Assembly (NCBI GenBank): GCA_963666345.1
Contig: OY762721.1
Coordinates: 1,856,001 to 1,920,000, forward strand
Length of the DNA stretch: 64,000 nucleotides
DNA from: Desulfatiglandales bacterium
Lineage (GTDB): Bacteria > Desulfobacterota > DSM-4660 > Desulfatiglandales > Desulfatiglandaceae
Reading direction: 5' to 3'
The notes under the pieces were generated by a model. The model made no database searches. It saw nothing but the letters and a program-made list of their open reading frames with translations, and had not been told where the DNA came from. Both the position numbers and the translations under genes were made by a program. Positions 1-10,739 of the stretch are shown in pieces (the stretch's first letter is position 1; the number at the start of each line of letters is the position of its first letter).

Positions 1-1064
1 CAGAGCCGCGCGCAATGATCCACATTGTTTGTACCGATTACCGCCCTCATAAATTTCTGAAAGATGTAATTTTCCTCATTGGTGCATCTGGCGGATGAAA
101 ACCCGGCTATGCTGTCGGCCCCATGCTCCTCAGCTATTTTGCCGAATTTATCAGCAATCAATTCGTAGGCCTCATCCCAGCCTGCCGGCTCCAGTTGCCC
201 GTTTTTTCTTATTAAAGGCGTCTTGAGGCGATCCTCACTGCTGATAAAATCCATCCCGAACCGCCCTTTTACGCAAAGGCAACCCTGGTTGGGCGTTCCG
301 TAATCCCTGTTACCTGTTACCTTTATTATCTCTCCTTCCTTGACGTTTAAATCCATCTGGCAGCCTACCCCGCAATAGGTGCAGGTGGTGCGAACCTTTT
401 CCACCTCCCATGGCCGCCCTGCGAATCTTGAATTTTTGAACGTAAGCGCCCCCGTGGGGCATGCATCGACACATGCCCCGCAGAACACACAACTGGATTC
501 TATATAATCCCTTCCAAAAGCCGGACCCACGGTTGACTGAGAGCCTCTCATCGAAAAATCAAGGACTTCATTTACCTGTATTTCATTGCATGTCCTTACA
601 CAACGCCCGCAGAGGATACATTTGTTGAGATCTCTCTGGATCATGCTGTTGGTGTCCTCGATTTTATGCCCCGGGGGACTGATGGGGAACCGAGGTTTTT
701 CGATCTTGAGTTCATACACGAGATCTTGAAGTTCGCATTCCCCGTTTTTCTCACAGGTAAGACAGTTATGGTCTCCCGAAGCCCAAAGCAGCTCCACTGC
801 GAGCCTTCGGGAGTCCAGGACCCTTTTTGTCTTTGTCTTAACCACCATCCCGGAGGTCACAGGCGTAGTGCAGGATGCCACAAGGCTTCTCGCATTTTCG
901 ACCTCTACGACACAAACCCTGCATGCCCCGACATTGGTGGTACCGGCCTGGTAACATAGGGTAGGGATATGAATGCCGTTACTCCTGGCCACTTCTAAAA
1001 TCGTTTGGCCCTGTTCAGCCTCATATTCATTTCCGTCTATCTTCAAAACAATCCTATCATCCAT
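1..1064 (-). CDS. fdhA: Formate dehydrogenase alpha subunit (NuoG-like N-terminus), 5' part only; runs off window start
   Basis: Own translation from ATG 1064 (GGAG RBS): MDDRIVLKIDG...IPTLC...GACRVCVVEV...CTYCGVGC...CVKGRFG...NNVDHCARL; window begins inside the following TGN codon. Paralogous to 11320-14022. Confidence 0.9.
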   Translation of the reverse strand, partial: MDDRIVLKIDGNEYEAEQGQTILEVARSNGIHIPTLCYQAGTTNVGACRVCVVEVENARSLVASCTTPVTSGMVVKTKTKRVLDSRRLAVELLWASGDHNCLTCEKNGECELQDLVYELKIEKPRFPISPPGHKIEDTNSMIQRDLNKCILCGRCVRTCNEIQVNEVLDFSMRGSQSTVGPAFGRDYIESSCVFCGACVDACPTGALTFKNSRFAGRPWEVEKVRTTCTYCGVGCQMDLNVKEGEIIKVTGNRDYGTPNQGCLCVKGRFGMDFISSEDRLKTPLIRKNGQLEPAGWDEAYELIADKFGKIAEEHGADSIAGFSSARCTNEENYIFQKFMRAVIGTNNVDHCARL

Positions 1065-1142
1065 TTCTTACTCCTGTCTGATTTGATTCGTCTCGTAACA
1101 AAGACGAAGGATGATTTTCATACGGTCTTCCAGTGTCGAAAC

Positions 1143-4100
1143 TCAGATTTCAGCATCGCACCGGAGACACCTGGACGCCTCGCAAATCGCTGTTTCTTCG
1201 CTATAGCCCAGTTCTACTTCGGCAAAGGTTCTTTTCCTTGCTTCCGGATCCAATTCCGGCATCCCCGCCGGAGGCCTGTCTTCCGTATCTTCCTCGACAA
1301 TAAACGGTATATCTATGACCTGATCGGCAGGGGCCTCATAGAGAGACTCCCCCTTTCTCGCTCTTATGACATCATCCATATCGCAGGCTGCCTGGTGACC
1401 GGCTGCTATTGCTTCTATAACCGTGGCAGGCCCTGTCACGGCATCCCCCCCAGCGAAGAATTTCTCGTTGGAAGTCTGAGTCTTGGATCCTTCTGAAATA
1501 TCAAGATAGGACCATTTATTGACTGAGATACCGCTGTCCTCCCGTATAAATGAGGCATCGGTTACCTGACCTATGGCGGCGATCACGGAATCTGTCTTAA
1601 GTGTAAATTCGGAACCCTCAATCGGGACAGGTCTTTTTCTTCCGCTTGGATCAAAATCGCCCAAAGCCATTCTTTGAACTGATATTTCGCTCACCTTTCC
1701 ATTTGTCCCGACAATCTTTGTGGGTGAGACAAGATACTCAATCCTGATTCCCTCCTCCTCAGCCGCCACGATTTCCGCTTCCTCCGCAGGCATATCCTTC
1801 CTCTCTCTTCTGTAGAGGATAGTTACTTCGGAACCCAGGCGTGCGGCGGTACGTGCGGCATCGATTGCCGAGTTGCCGCCTCCAATGACCGCGACCTTCT
1901 CCCCAAGCTTCTTTTCACCATTCAGCCAGGAGTCGGAGTCACCGTTAAAATCGAGCAGGAATTCGACTCCTCCAAGCACTCCATCCAGGTCTACGCCTTC
2001 GACGTTCATTTTCTGGCTCTTCTGTGCGCCTATGGCCAGGAATATGTACTCAAACTCACTGTCTATCTCCTGGAAAGAAACATCCCTGCCTACCTCTGTG
2101 TTGCACCTTATCTCGACTCCGAAGGATCTGATATCATCGATCTCGGAAGCCAGGATATCCCTTGGGAGCCTGTAAGCCGGGATTCCCCACCTCATCCAGC
2201 CCCCGGGCTCCGAATGGGCCTCAAAGACCACTACCTTGTAACCTCTCTTTGTCAGATCCAGGGCGGCTGTAAGACCCGCAGGCCCCGCTCCGACAACTGC
2301 GATTTTTTCATTCCTTGTCACGGGCACCGGTTCCACGACCGGTCTTGTCGCATTGTCCGTGATGAAACGTTTCAAATTTTTGACGGAAAGCGGACCGTCG
2401 GCCATGGCCCTTCTGCATTTAAGCTGGCATTTATGATCACATACCCTGCCGCAACTGGCAGGAAACGGGTTTGTCCTTAAAAGTATCTTGTATGCATCGT
2501 CGTAACGTTTTGCCCTGACAAGCGCGATATAGGAGGGGATATCCATTCCTGCAGGGCAGGCATGCTGACATGGGGATTTGAACAGGGCCGAACAGACCAC
2601 GGCAGGACAGCGTTTCTCTCTTATATGCGCCTCGTATTCGTCTCTGAAATACCGGATAGTGCTCAGCACCGGGTTCGGGGCCGTCTGCCCGAGCCCGCAC
2701 AGGGCGGAGTCCTTGATGATTTCCCCCATCTCTTCGAGAAGTTCAATATCGCCCTCTTTGCCCCTTCCTTCACATATGTTGTTGAGGATCTCAAGCATCC
2801 TCTTGGTACCTTCGCGACAGGGAGTGCACTTCCCGCACGACTCATCCTGGCAGAAATCCATGAAAAACCGTGCCATGTCTACCGCACACTTATCTTCATT
2901 CATGACTATCAAGCCGCCGGAACCCATTATTGCACCCAGCTTTGCCACGGTTTCGTAATCTACCGCGGCATTGAGGTGCTGAATCGGGATACAGCCTCCC
3001 GAAGGGCCGCCCAGCTGCGCGGCCTTGAATTTTTTGCCATCCGGAATTCCCCCGCCGATATCAAAGACTATTTTTCCGAGAGGCATGCCCATCGGGACCT
3101 CTACAAGTCCGACATTGTGGACATCTCCTGTCAGGGCGAAGACTTTGGTACTCTTGCTCTTCTCGGTCCCTATGCCTGAGAACCACACGCTTCCCTTGTG
3201 TATTATCTGCCCGATGCTTGCGAGGGTCTCGACATTATTCAGGACACTCGGTTTCTGCCATAAACCTGATACCGCCGGGAAGGGAGGTCGGGGCCTGGGC
3301 ACACCCCTTTTGCCCTCTATCGAGGTCATAAGCGCGGTTTCCTCTCCGCACACAAATGCCCCGGCGCCCTGATATATGCTGATATCGAAATCAAACCCCG
3401 TTCCCAGGATATCCTTTCCAAGCAGGCCGTATTCTCTTGCCTGCTTTAAAGCAGTGCTCAAGGTCTTTATTGCCAGAGGGTATTCGGCCCTGCAATAGAT
3501 GTATCCCTTATGAGAACCGATCGCCTTTGCAGCGATAATCATTCCCTCAAGGACTGCGTGAGGATCTCCTTCAAGAACGCTCCTGTCCATATATGCCCCC
3601 GGATCACCCTCATCGGCATTGCAAAGGACATATTTGGCGTCCCCTTTCGATCCGGCGGCGAATTTCCATTTTATGCCGGTAGGGAAGCCGGCGCCCCCTC
3701 TTCCGCGCAGGCCTGCATCAAGCACCTCCTGGCATATCTCTTCGGGGCTCATTTCGGTCAACGCCTTGCCCACGCCCGCATAGCCGTCTCTTGCGATATA
3801 TTCTTCAATCTCTTCCGGATCTATCAATCCTCTGTTTCTCAACACGCGCAGTTCCTGATAGGAAAAAAAGGGGACTTCACCTATGGCCGGAATGCCGTTC
3901 TTGATTCCCGGCGTCGGTTTTCTCCCAAGCAGGTGCTCCGGGAACTGTTCTTTTATCTGCTGCTCTCTTCCTCTTGCCAGAGCAAACTGCGGCTGAACCT
4001 CGCCATCCACAACATGTTTTCTGAATATCTGAGAGATCTTCTCCTCATCAACATATTGGTATATAATCGGTTCCTGATCATAGACTTCAACCGTTACAAG

Positions 4101-4334
4101 CGGTTCTCTCGCGCAAAAACCCATGCATCCCGATTTGGTTACTCTGACATCTGTTGAGCCGGCCCTTTCGATCTCCTCCATGAGTCGTGCGAAGACCTTT
4201 TCCGCGCCGCAGGCGATACCGCATGTTCCCATATGCACGGTAACCCTGACCCTTCTTTCATCAGGTGTCAGGCAGGACTCTGATTGGACTTTTTCCTTTA
4301 TCCTTTTGAAATCATCTGAGTTAATTTTGGGCAT
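1143..4334 (-). CDS. Fusion of Trx-like [2Fe-2S] ferredoxin, NuoF/HydB-like FMN/NADH subunit and GltD/NfnB-like FAD/NADPH oxidoreductase
   Basis: HMGTCGIACG / [82 protein letters not shown]-terminal EASRCLRCD. Confidence 0.9.
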   Translation of the reverse strand: MPKINSDDFKRIKEKVQSESCLTPDERRVRVTVHMGTCGIACGAEKVFARLMEEIERAGSTDVRVTKSGCMGFCAREPLVTVEVYDQEPIIYQYVDEEKISQIFRKHVVDGEVQPQFALARGREQQIKEQFPEHLLGRKPTPGIKNGIPAIGEVPFFSYQELRVLRNRGLIDPEEIEEYIARDGYAGVGKALTEMSPEEICQEVLDAGLRGRGGAGFPTGIKWKFAAGSKGDAKYVLCNADEGDPGAYMDRSVLEGDPHAVLEGMIIAAKAIGSHKGYIYCRAEYPLAIKTLSTALKQAREYGLLGKDILGTGFDFDISIYQGAGAFVCGEETALMTSIEGKRGVPRPRPPFPAVSGLWQKPSVLNNVETLASIGQIIHKGSVWFSGIGTEKSKSTKVFALTGDVHNVGLVEVPMGMPLGKIVFDIGGGIPDGKKFKAAQLGGPSGGCIPIQHLNAAVDYETVAKLGAIMGSGGLIVMNEDKCAVDMARFFMDFCQDESCGKCTPCREGTKRMLEILNNICEGRGKEGDIELLEEMGEIIKDSALCGLGQTAPNPVLSTIRYFRDEYEAHIREKRCPAVVCSALFKSPCQHACPAGMDIPSYIALVRAKRYDDAYKILLRTNPFPASCGRVCDHKCQLKCRRAMADGPLSVKNLKRFITDNATRPVVEPVPVTRNEKIAVVGAGPAGLTAALDLTKRGYKVVVFEAHSEPGGWMRWGIPAYRLPRDILASEIDDIRSFGVEIRCNTEVGRDVSFQEIDSEFEYIFLAIGAQKSQKMNVEGVDLDGVLGGVEFLLDFNGDSDSWLNGEKKLGEKVAVIGGGNSAIDAARTAARLGSEVTILYRRERKDMPAEEAEIVAAEEEGIRIEYLVSPTKIVGTNGKVSEISVQRMALGDFDPSGRKRPVPIEGSEFTLKTDSVIAAIGQVTDASFIREDSGISVNKWSYLDISEGSKTQTSNEKFFAGGDAVTGPATVIEAIAAGHQAACDMDDVIRARKGESLYEAPADQVIDIPFIVEEDTEDRPPAGMPELDPEARKRTFAEVELGYSEETAICEASRCLRCDAEI

Positions 4335-4460
4335 AACGATTTCTCTCCCATATTTTTCAGTCGCATTTAATCGCTTTCCTTATCCCACACAAGCCGAATA
4401 TGACATCTCTTTAGGAAAGCAGCCTTTTCAGGCCCGTTAAAGAGATCCTCTGATCTGTCT

Positions 4461-4955
4461 TCAATTGTATTGCTTAAGGATATCCTTAACCTTTGTCGGT
4501 TTGACCCTTCCATGAACATCATCATCGATTACAACAACGGGGCCCAGGCCGCATGCCCCCAGGCATCTTACGGTCTCAAAGGTAAACATGCGATCTTCAG
4601 TGGTTTCACCCTCTTCAACCCCAAACTCCTTTTTTATAATATCCGCTATACGCTTTCCGCCACGGACATAGCATGCCGTGCCAAGGCATACCCTGACCGT
4701 ATGCTTACCCTTTGGTACCATAGTGAAAAAGGAATAAAATGTCGCGACCCCGTATACAAGGCTGATCGGAAGGCTCAGGCCCTGGGCGATCCTTGAAAGT
4801 ACCGCCTCCGGAAGAAATCCCAGGGCCACCTGAGCCTCTTCCATTACAGGAATCAATGAACCAGGCTCTTCTTTCCTGCTTTCGATAATCTGATCCAATT
4901 CGTTTAGCTGTTCAGCCGAAAACTCATTTAAAATTTCATCATACTCAGCATCCAT
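4461..4955 (-). CDS. nuoE: NuoE/HydC-like [2Fe-2S] subunit
   Basis: VATFYSFF, VCLGTACYVRG, RCLGACGLGP; AGGAGG upstream of ATG 4955. Confidence 0.9.
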   Translation of the reverse strand: MDAEYDEILNEFSAEQLNELDQIIESRKEEPGSLIPVMEEAQVALGFLPEAVLSRIAQGLSLPISLVYGVATFYSFFTMVPKGKHTVRVCLGTACYVRGGKRIADIIKKEFGVEEGETTEDRMFTFETVRCLGACGLGPVVVIDDDVHGRVKPTKVKDILKQYN

Positions 4956-5176
4956 GCATTCACACCTCCTCACTAATTATAATGGGACTTAAGGATACAA
5001 ACCGGAATCATAAAATTTTTCGATGCCATTCTTTTCTACCGGATCGAACTTTAATCAGATAGCTGCCGAAACGTCAAGGAACAAAACCGTAAACGATCTG
5101 ACCTATGCAAACAAACTATAGGTAATTAGCATTTTTCAAAAATGAGATATCGCACTCCTCACTGATTTTTATTAAG

Positions 5177-5191
5177 GCAATGACCGTGCCA
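5177..5191 (-). promoter_or_regulatory. Sigma54 -24/-12 promoter of the nuoE-nuoF/gltD-fdhA operon
   Basis: Minus strand reads TGGCACGGTCATTGC, an exact TGGCAC-N5-TTGC match; IHF-like TTTCAAGTAGTTA at 5220-5232. Confidence 0.8.
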
Positions 5192-6158
5192 GCAAACCTG
5201 GCTATTTTCTGATATTTGTTAACTACTTGAAAATCTTTTTATTATAGACGGGGAGGGGGTTGCGGGAGATAAAACAAGCCGCATATGGGTGTCAAAAATT
5301 TTTACTACATGTAAATATTATTTCAATTTATAAGTAAGATATCTCAACATATATAATTATTTCAAACTACTAATACTGTTTTTGAAGGGATTTAGCCCCA
5401 AGATATTAACCCGATTTTCATTTAAAATAAAATCGTCCGGAAACATTTCAAAGTTATCATAAGGGGGCCGGCACCCGGGGCGGCCGGACATGCACATAAT
5501 AATATCGTCGGCTTAATTCAACATAGATATCATGGACATGAATTCCTTAAACCTGGCTTGAATTCAGAAAAACAAATCGTGTCTTTAAATTCAATCGGCC
5601 CGGATAACCACCGCAACGATAGCAATCTCCTCTTGAATCATGCTCTTGAGTTATTTCCTTGAGTGTCCATTTATTTTACACAGCCGCCAGGCAGGAAAAA
5701 AGGCATCAAGCCGTTTGCATACAGAAAGACCCCGTTTTCGCAATCCCGCCGTAAATCAGGGAATTCGAGTGGAAGCGCTACAGACTGCGTCGCCTTGTCC
5801 AATTGCCCCTCTGCATCCGGAACCCTCAGGGCCGAAAAATCAATAAGCCGGAGACTTGCCCAAGGCGGAGGGATTTTCCCCGGTCCCCTGACATGTCCAT
5901 CCTGAATAAAAACATTTGGGCGTCATCGGTTAAGGTATCTTGAAATTAATTTATATTTGCCTGGAACTGAAACGGGAATCTGTTTTATACTTTAATAATA
6001 TGTGGTATATAATTTGTTTAATTCTACTAACCTCGGTAAATTCGTAAAAGGACGGCACAGTGAAAAGCTACTCCGCCAGGGAGGGACAAATCTTGAAGGC
6101 TGATGTGTACCTATCCCGCAACCGGCTGGAGAGTAACAGCGAAAAATAAGGCATAAAC

Positions 6159-8024
6159 ATGTCCCATTCCATTAAAACCAGGATTATAGCGGGGTTTTTG
6201 GGGATTTTTCTTTTATCAGGACTCACCTGCACGGCTATAGGATCAAGACTTTGTTATAAATCGCTCCATAGAGAAACAGCGAGAAGGTTGAAATCAGAAC
6301 TCGATAAGGCGGTGTTACTCTTTCAAAACAAGGCAGGAGAAATTGAGAACGCACTTACTCTTACGGTCCTCAAAGAAAATCTTTCTTCGGCCCTTGAGGA
6401 CGAGGATTTTCCCCGCCTCGGTCGACTGCTGACCATAATGGATCAAGACCCCGGCATCGACTTTGCGGGCATTTCAGACGGGCGGGGGAAAGTAATATTG
6501 AGGACGGGAACTGTCGACTTTAAACTGCCGGGGGTGGCTATTGGAATGAAAAGGCCCCTGTCGGGTTTAATTGCTGTAAGTATACCCCTCACTGAAAAAA
6601 AGACTCCCGGAGGCAAGATCGTTGAAAAACGGTTTGACGCAACGCGCGATAAGGAGCTTTTGGCCATTGCAGCCGCCATCCCCCTGTTTTCCGGTAAGAA
6701 AGTCATCGGGGCGATCCACGCAGGTTTGATACTGGACAAAAACCTGACCTTTGTTGATTACCTCAGAAAGAATCTTTATTCGAAACAGAGGACCGGAACC
6801 GAAGGGGCGGAAATAATTTCCATCTTCTTTGGAGATGACTGTATAGCAACAAATATAGACCCACAGATGCAAGACGGGATTAATAACAGGATCTTAAAGA
6901 AAATCAGGGAAACCTTTTTATTGAAAGAACAAAACGGCCCAGGCCCCCCCCTTGTAAATGAGAGCGGATACATTGGGAAATTCGTTTCGATTAACGACAT
7001 CTTTGATAAAAGGATCGGCATTCTCGGTTTATCAATACCTGAGCCGCACTACTTTGATATGATGGTGAAAGGAGATCTTTTCTTACTTGTTATTATAACC
7101 CTCTTTTGTATCATTTTAGTGACAGGACTGGGCTATTTCATGGCACAGAGGATTCTTAACCCTGTAAGGTCACTTATTAAGACCACCCGGCAGGTCAAGG
7201 AAGGCAACCTTACTCCTGATATCGGATCTGTTTCAAAAGACGAACTGGGCCTGCTGCAGAAAAACTTCTCGGAAATCATCGGAACAATGGAAAGAAAGAT
7301 AGCAGAGAGCAATAATGCCCTCTTCCAGACGGAAAAACAGGCAAGCATAGGGAGGCTTGCCGCAGGAATCGCCCATGAGGTCAACAACCCCCTTACAGGT
7401 GTCTTAACCTTCAGCCACATGCTGCTGAAGCGCAAGGACCTCGCAGAGGATATCCGTTCCGACCTTCAGATTATAGCTGATTCCACTGAAAGGGTAAGAA
7501 AGATAGTAAAGGGACTCCTCGATTTCTCCAGACAGACCATGCTGGACAAGGAACCTACAGACTTAAACAGCCTTCTTGTCTTGACAATTCCGCTCATAAA
7601 AAACCAGGCATTTGTAAAAGGAATCGACGTCAAATTCTGCCCCGAAGCGGGCATTCCTCTCATTACACTGGACCGGAGCCAGTTCCAGAGCGCCATCCTC
7701 AATATCCTGATAAACGCCCTTGATGCAACCGAGTCAGGAGGAGAAATTCACATAACGACAGGGTTATGCCATCTGGATTCCACCGGGCGCGATGAGGCTG
7801 AAATCATTATCACAGACACAGGCTGCGGCATCCCACCGGAGAATATCGGCAGGCTCTTTGATCCCTTTTTTACAACCAAGGCCGTTGGTCATGGTACTGG
7901 ATTGGGGCTGTCTGTTTCTTACGGGATCGCCGAAAGACATGGCGGCAACATAATGGTTGAGAGTATAGTCGGAAAGGGGAGTACTTTTATTATAACCGTA
8001 CCGATAGATGACAAGAAACAGTAA
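6159..8024 (+). CDS. Membrane sensor histidine kinase (Cache-like, HAMP, HisKA, HATPase)
   Basis: Two TM segments, AGIAHEVNNPL H-box, NALDA, DTGCGI, FDPFFTTK, GTGLGL. Confidence 0.93.
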   Translation: MSHSIKTRIIAGFLGIFLLSGLTCTAIGSRLCYKSLHRETARRLKSELDKAVLLFQNKAGEIENALTLTVLKENLSSALEDEDFPRLGRLLTIMDQDPGIDFAGISDGRGKVILRTGTVDFKLPGVAIGMKRPLSGLIAVSIPLTEKKTPGGKIVEKRFDATRDKELLAIAAAIPLFSGKKVIGAIHAGLILDKNLTFVDYLRKNLYSKQRTGTEGAEIISIFFGDDCIATNIDPQMQDGINNRILKKIRETFLLKEQNGPGPPLVNESGYIGKFVSINDIFDKRIGILGLSIPEPHYFDMMVKGDLFLLVIITLFCIILVTGLGYFMAQRILNPVRSLIKTTRQVKEGNLTPDIGSVSKDELGLLQKNFSEIIGTMERKIAESNNALFQTEKQASIGRLAAGIAHEVNNPLTGVLTFSHMLLKRKDLAEDIRSDLQIIADSTERVRKIVKGLLDFSRQTMLDKEPTDLNSLLVLTIPLIKNQAFVKGIDVKFCPEAGIPLITLDRSQFQSAILNILINALDATESGGEIHITTGLCHLDSTGRDEAEIIITDTGCGIPPENIGRLFDPFFTTKAVGHGTGLGLSVSYGIAERHGGNIMVESIVGKGSTFIITVPIDDKKQ

Positions 8025-8096
8025 CTGAAACTTTGACCTTTACTCCTGAGGAGTTACCGAGAACATTCAGCCGGCATATTTAAATGGAGGACACAG

Positions 8097-8726
8097 ATGG
8101 AGACCATAAAGGCACTTGTAATTGACGACGAACAGATCGTGCTTGACAGCGTAAAGAGGATACTTACGACAGAGGCGAATTATGAAGTGGATACCTCGCT
8201 AAGCGGCAGGCAGGGCCTTGAAAAGGCGATCCAGGAATCATACGACATAGTTCTAACAGACATACGGATGCCCGACATAGGGGGGATGCGGGTCTTGAGG
8301 GATGTGAAAAGGGCCAAACCGGCCCTTCCAGTTGTTATTATCACAGGCTATGCCACGGTAAAGGGTGCTGTCCAGGCGATGAAACTGGGTGCCACGGATT
8401 ATGTTGAAAAGCCCTTTACTCCTGATGAACTGGTTCAGGCCTTATCCTCCGCACTTGACATGGCTGCATCCCAGGAGCCTGAAGAACAGGCCTTGATCCA
8501 CAAGGATGAAATCATAAAGGTCCTCGAAAGGGCCGAATCGGACAGTCAATTCATCGCAAATCTGCTTTATCACGGGGCAGAAGCTCTCGAGGAATATGGG
8601 CTTACAGGCCCTGAGAAACTTGCCCTTCTTACCGGTGACATCGACTGGATTGAAAAACAGATAGGACCTCTTGCAAAGGGTCAGAGAAAATGGCTGGAGC
8701 AACGCCTTTCCGCTGAGATCTGGTAA
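8097..8726 (+). CDS. Response regulator: REC domain plus atypical C-terminal helical domain
   Basis: LVIDDE, LTDIRMP, ITGY, EKPF; ~80-aa tail with no HTH or AAA+ motif. Confidence 0.9.
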   Translation: METIKALVIDDEQIVLDSVKRILTTEANYEVDTSLSGRQGLEKAIQESYDIVLTDIRMPDIGGMRVLRDVKRAKPALPVVIITGYATVKGAVQAMKLGATDYVEKPFTPDELVQALSSALDMAASQEPEEQALIHKDEIIKVLERAESDSQFIANLLYHGAEALEEYGLTGPEKLALLTGDIDWIEKQIGPLAKGQRKWLEQRLSAEIW

Positions 8727-8741
8727 ATCGTATCAAGGCTC

Positions 8742-8765
8742 CGGGCGGGATTAAACCCCGCCGGC
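8742..8765. terminator. Possible hairpin terminator between convergent genes
   Basis: GGCGGG-ATTAAAC-CCCGCC inverted repeat; no clear U-tract. Confidence 0.35.
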
Positions 8766-8780
8766 GCTCCAAAAGGTCTT

Positions 8781-10316
8781 CTAAAAAATCGCGTCTGACG
8801 GGCAGTTGGTTATGCATGTCATACATTTTATGCACTTATGTGTGTCGATAAATGCGGGCTCCTTTTTTTCCCATTCAATCGCCCCTACCGGACACCGTTT
8901 TTTGCAGAGCCCGCAGCTGATGCATTTTTCTTCATCCACTTCAAATTTAAGAAGGGCTGCGCAGCGTTTGGCGGGACAGCGTTTCTCATAGATGTGCGCC
9001 TCATATTCATCCCTGAAATACTGAAGAGTGGAAAGGACGGGATTAGGTCCTGTCTGGCCCAGACCGCAAAGGGCACCATCCTTTATTACCTCACTCAGTT
9101 CCTCGAGCAGATCGATATCGCCCGGTTCTCCCCGGCCTTTTGTTATCTTCTCAAGGATCTGCAACATCCGCATGGTTCCTTCACGACAGGGGGTGCATTT
9201 TCCACAGGACTCATCCTGAATAAAATCCATAAAAAATCTCGCCATGTCGACCATGCAGGTATGTTCATCCATGACTATCATTCCGCCTGAGCCCATTATG
9301 GCCCCCACCTTTGCAATCGACTCGTAATCAACCGGGGTATCGAGATAGGCCTCAGGCACACACCCCCCTGAAGGCCCGCCCAGCTGAACGGCCTTGAACT
9401 TTCTCTTTTTGGGTATGCCGCCGCCCACATCGAATATGATGGTCCTCAAAGTCGTACCCATGGGTACTTCCACGAGACCTATATTTTTTACGTCACCTGT
9501 AAGGGCGAAGACCTTTGTACCTTTGCTCGTCTCAGTTCCGATTCCTGAATACCACTTTCCACCCTTGAAAATTATCCGTGCCACATTCGCATAGGTCTCT
9601 ACATTGTTGAGCACTGTGGGCCTTTTCCAGAGTCCCTGTTGAGCGGGGAAAGGGGGCCTCGGCCTCGGCATGCCCCGCTTTCCTTCAATCGAGTGCATCA
9701 AGGCGGTTTCCTCTCCACACACAAAGGCCCCCGCACCTTGATAAATCTCAAGATCAAAGTCAAAACAGGTCCCGAAGATATCCTTTCCAAGAAGCCCGTA
9801 ATCACGTGCCTGCGATATCGCGATATTGAGTCTCTTAATTGCAAGGGGATATTCAGCCCTGCAGTATATATAGCCCTGAGCCGCGCCTATGGCCCTGGCG
9901 GCGATTATCATCCCCTCGATGACCGCATGGGGATCCGCCTCAAGCACGCTTCTGTCCATAAAGGCACCCGGGTCCCCCTCATCCGCGTTACAGAGCACAT
10001 ATTTGATCTCGCCTTTGGCCTTCTGCGCAAACTCCCATTTGGTTCCCGTCGGAAATCCCGCCCCCCCCCTTCCTCTTAAGCCTGACACCTTCATTTCTGA
10101 TACGATCCCCTCGGGAGTCATATCGATCAGGGCCTTGGCCGCCGCCCTGTATCCGTCTCTGGCCACGTAGGCATCAATCGATTCAGGATCGATGCCCTTG
10201 TTTTTAAGAACAATGAGCTTCTGGTGGCTGAAAAAGGGGACATCTTCCAGATAGGGAACGACCTTCTTTTTGGTCCTGTTTTCCTTCTTCTCTGCTTTGG
10301 GAGGCTTATCAGGCAT
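8781..10316 (-). CDS. nuoF: NuoF/HydB-like subunit with C-terminal 2x[4Fe-4S] domain (bifurcating type)
   Basis: [63 protein letters not shown]; start set at MPDK after AGGAG. Confidence 0.92.
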   Translation of the reverse strand: MPDKPPKAEKKENRTKKKVVPYLEDVPFFSHQKLIVLKNKGIDPESIDAYVARDGYRAAAKALIDMTPEGIVSEMKVSGLRGRGGAGFPTGTKWEFAQKAKGEIKYVLCNADEGDPGAFMDRSVLEADPHAVIEGMIIAARAIGAAQGYIYCRAEYPLAIKRLNIAISQARDYGLLGKDIFGTCFDFDLEIYQGAGAFVCGEETALMHSIEGKRGMPRPRPPFPAQQGLWKRPTVLNNVETYANVARIIFKGGKWYSGIGTETSKGTKVFALTGDVKNIGLVEVPMGTTLRTIIFDVGGGIPKKRKFKAVQLGGPSGGCVPEAYLDTPVDYESIAKVGAIMGSGGMIVMDEHTCMVDMARFFMDFIQDESCGKCTPCREGTMRMLQILEKITKGRGEPGDIDLLEELSEVIKDGALCGLGQTGPNPVLSTLQYFRDEYEAHIYEKRCPAKRCAALLKFEVDEEKCISCGLCKKRCPVGAIEWEKKEPAFIDTHKCIKCMTCITNCPSDAIF

Positions 10317-10713
10317 AATGATCTTCTCCTTCTTGATCACTCTGTTTTATCCTGGCTAAGGCATGGGAGGTCTGGATTTCTCCATTCATGACATGGCCCT
10401 CGAATATCTTGCGCATCTTCTTTGCGTTCACGTCACGGTAAAGGACCGCGTCTTCATTGATAATCTTCACCGTAATATTAGGCTCACTGCTGCACATGCC
10501 CGCGCACCCTGAAACCAACACCTCTATGTCATCTCTGCCTGAGGATGCAATCTCATGCTTAAGTGCCTCGTATACCGCGTCTCCCCCGGCGGCGATACCG
10601 CAGGTACCCAGATGGACGGTTATCCTCACCCTTTTGCCACCTTCCTTCAGAGATCCTTCCGCTAAAACCCTTTTCCGGATTTTTTCGAGATCTTCCGGCA
10701 TAAACCCCGCCAT
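10309..10713 (-). CDS. Thioredoxin-like [2Fe-2S] ferredoxin subunit (HydD/HndB-like)
   Basis: [21 protein letters not shown]; homologous to the N-terminus of 1143-4334. Confidence 0.88.
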   Translation of the reverse strand: MAGFMPEDLEKIRKRVLAEGSLKEGGKRVRITVHLGTCGIAAGGDAVYEALKHEIASSGRDDIEVLVSGCAGMCSSEPNITVKIINEDAVLYRDVNAKKMRKIFEGHVMNGEIQTSHALARIKQSDQEGEDHYA

Positions 10714-10739
10714 ATTTGACTCCTTATAGGAATTTTATT

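Noticed and set aside
5640..6130. Possible Moco/Wco or c-di-GMP riboswitch in the GC-richer intergenic patch
   Set aside because: Could not match consensus elements by eye; needs an Infernal/Rfam scan
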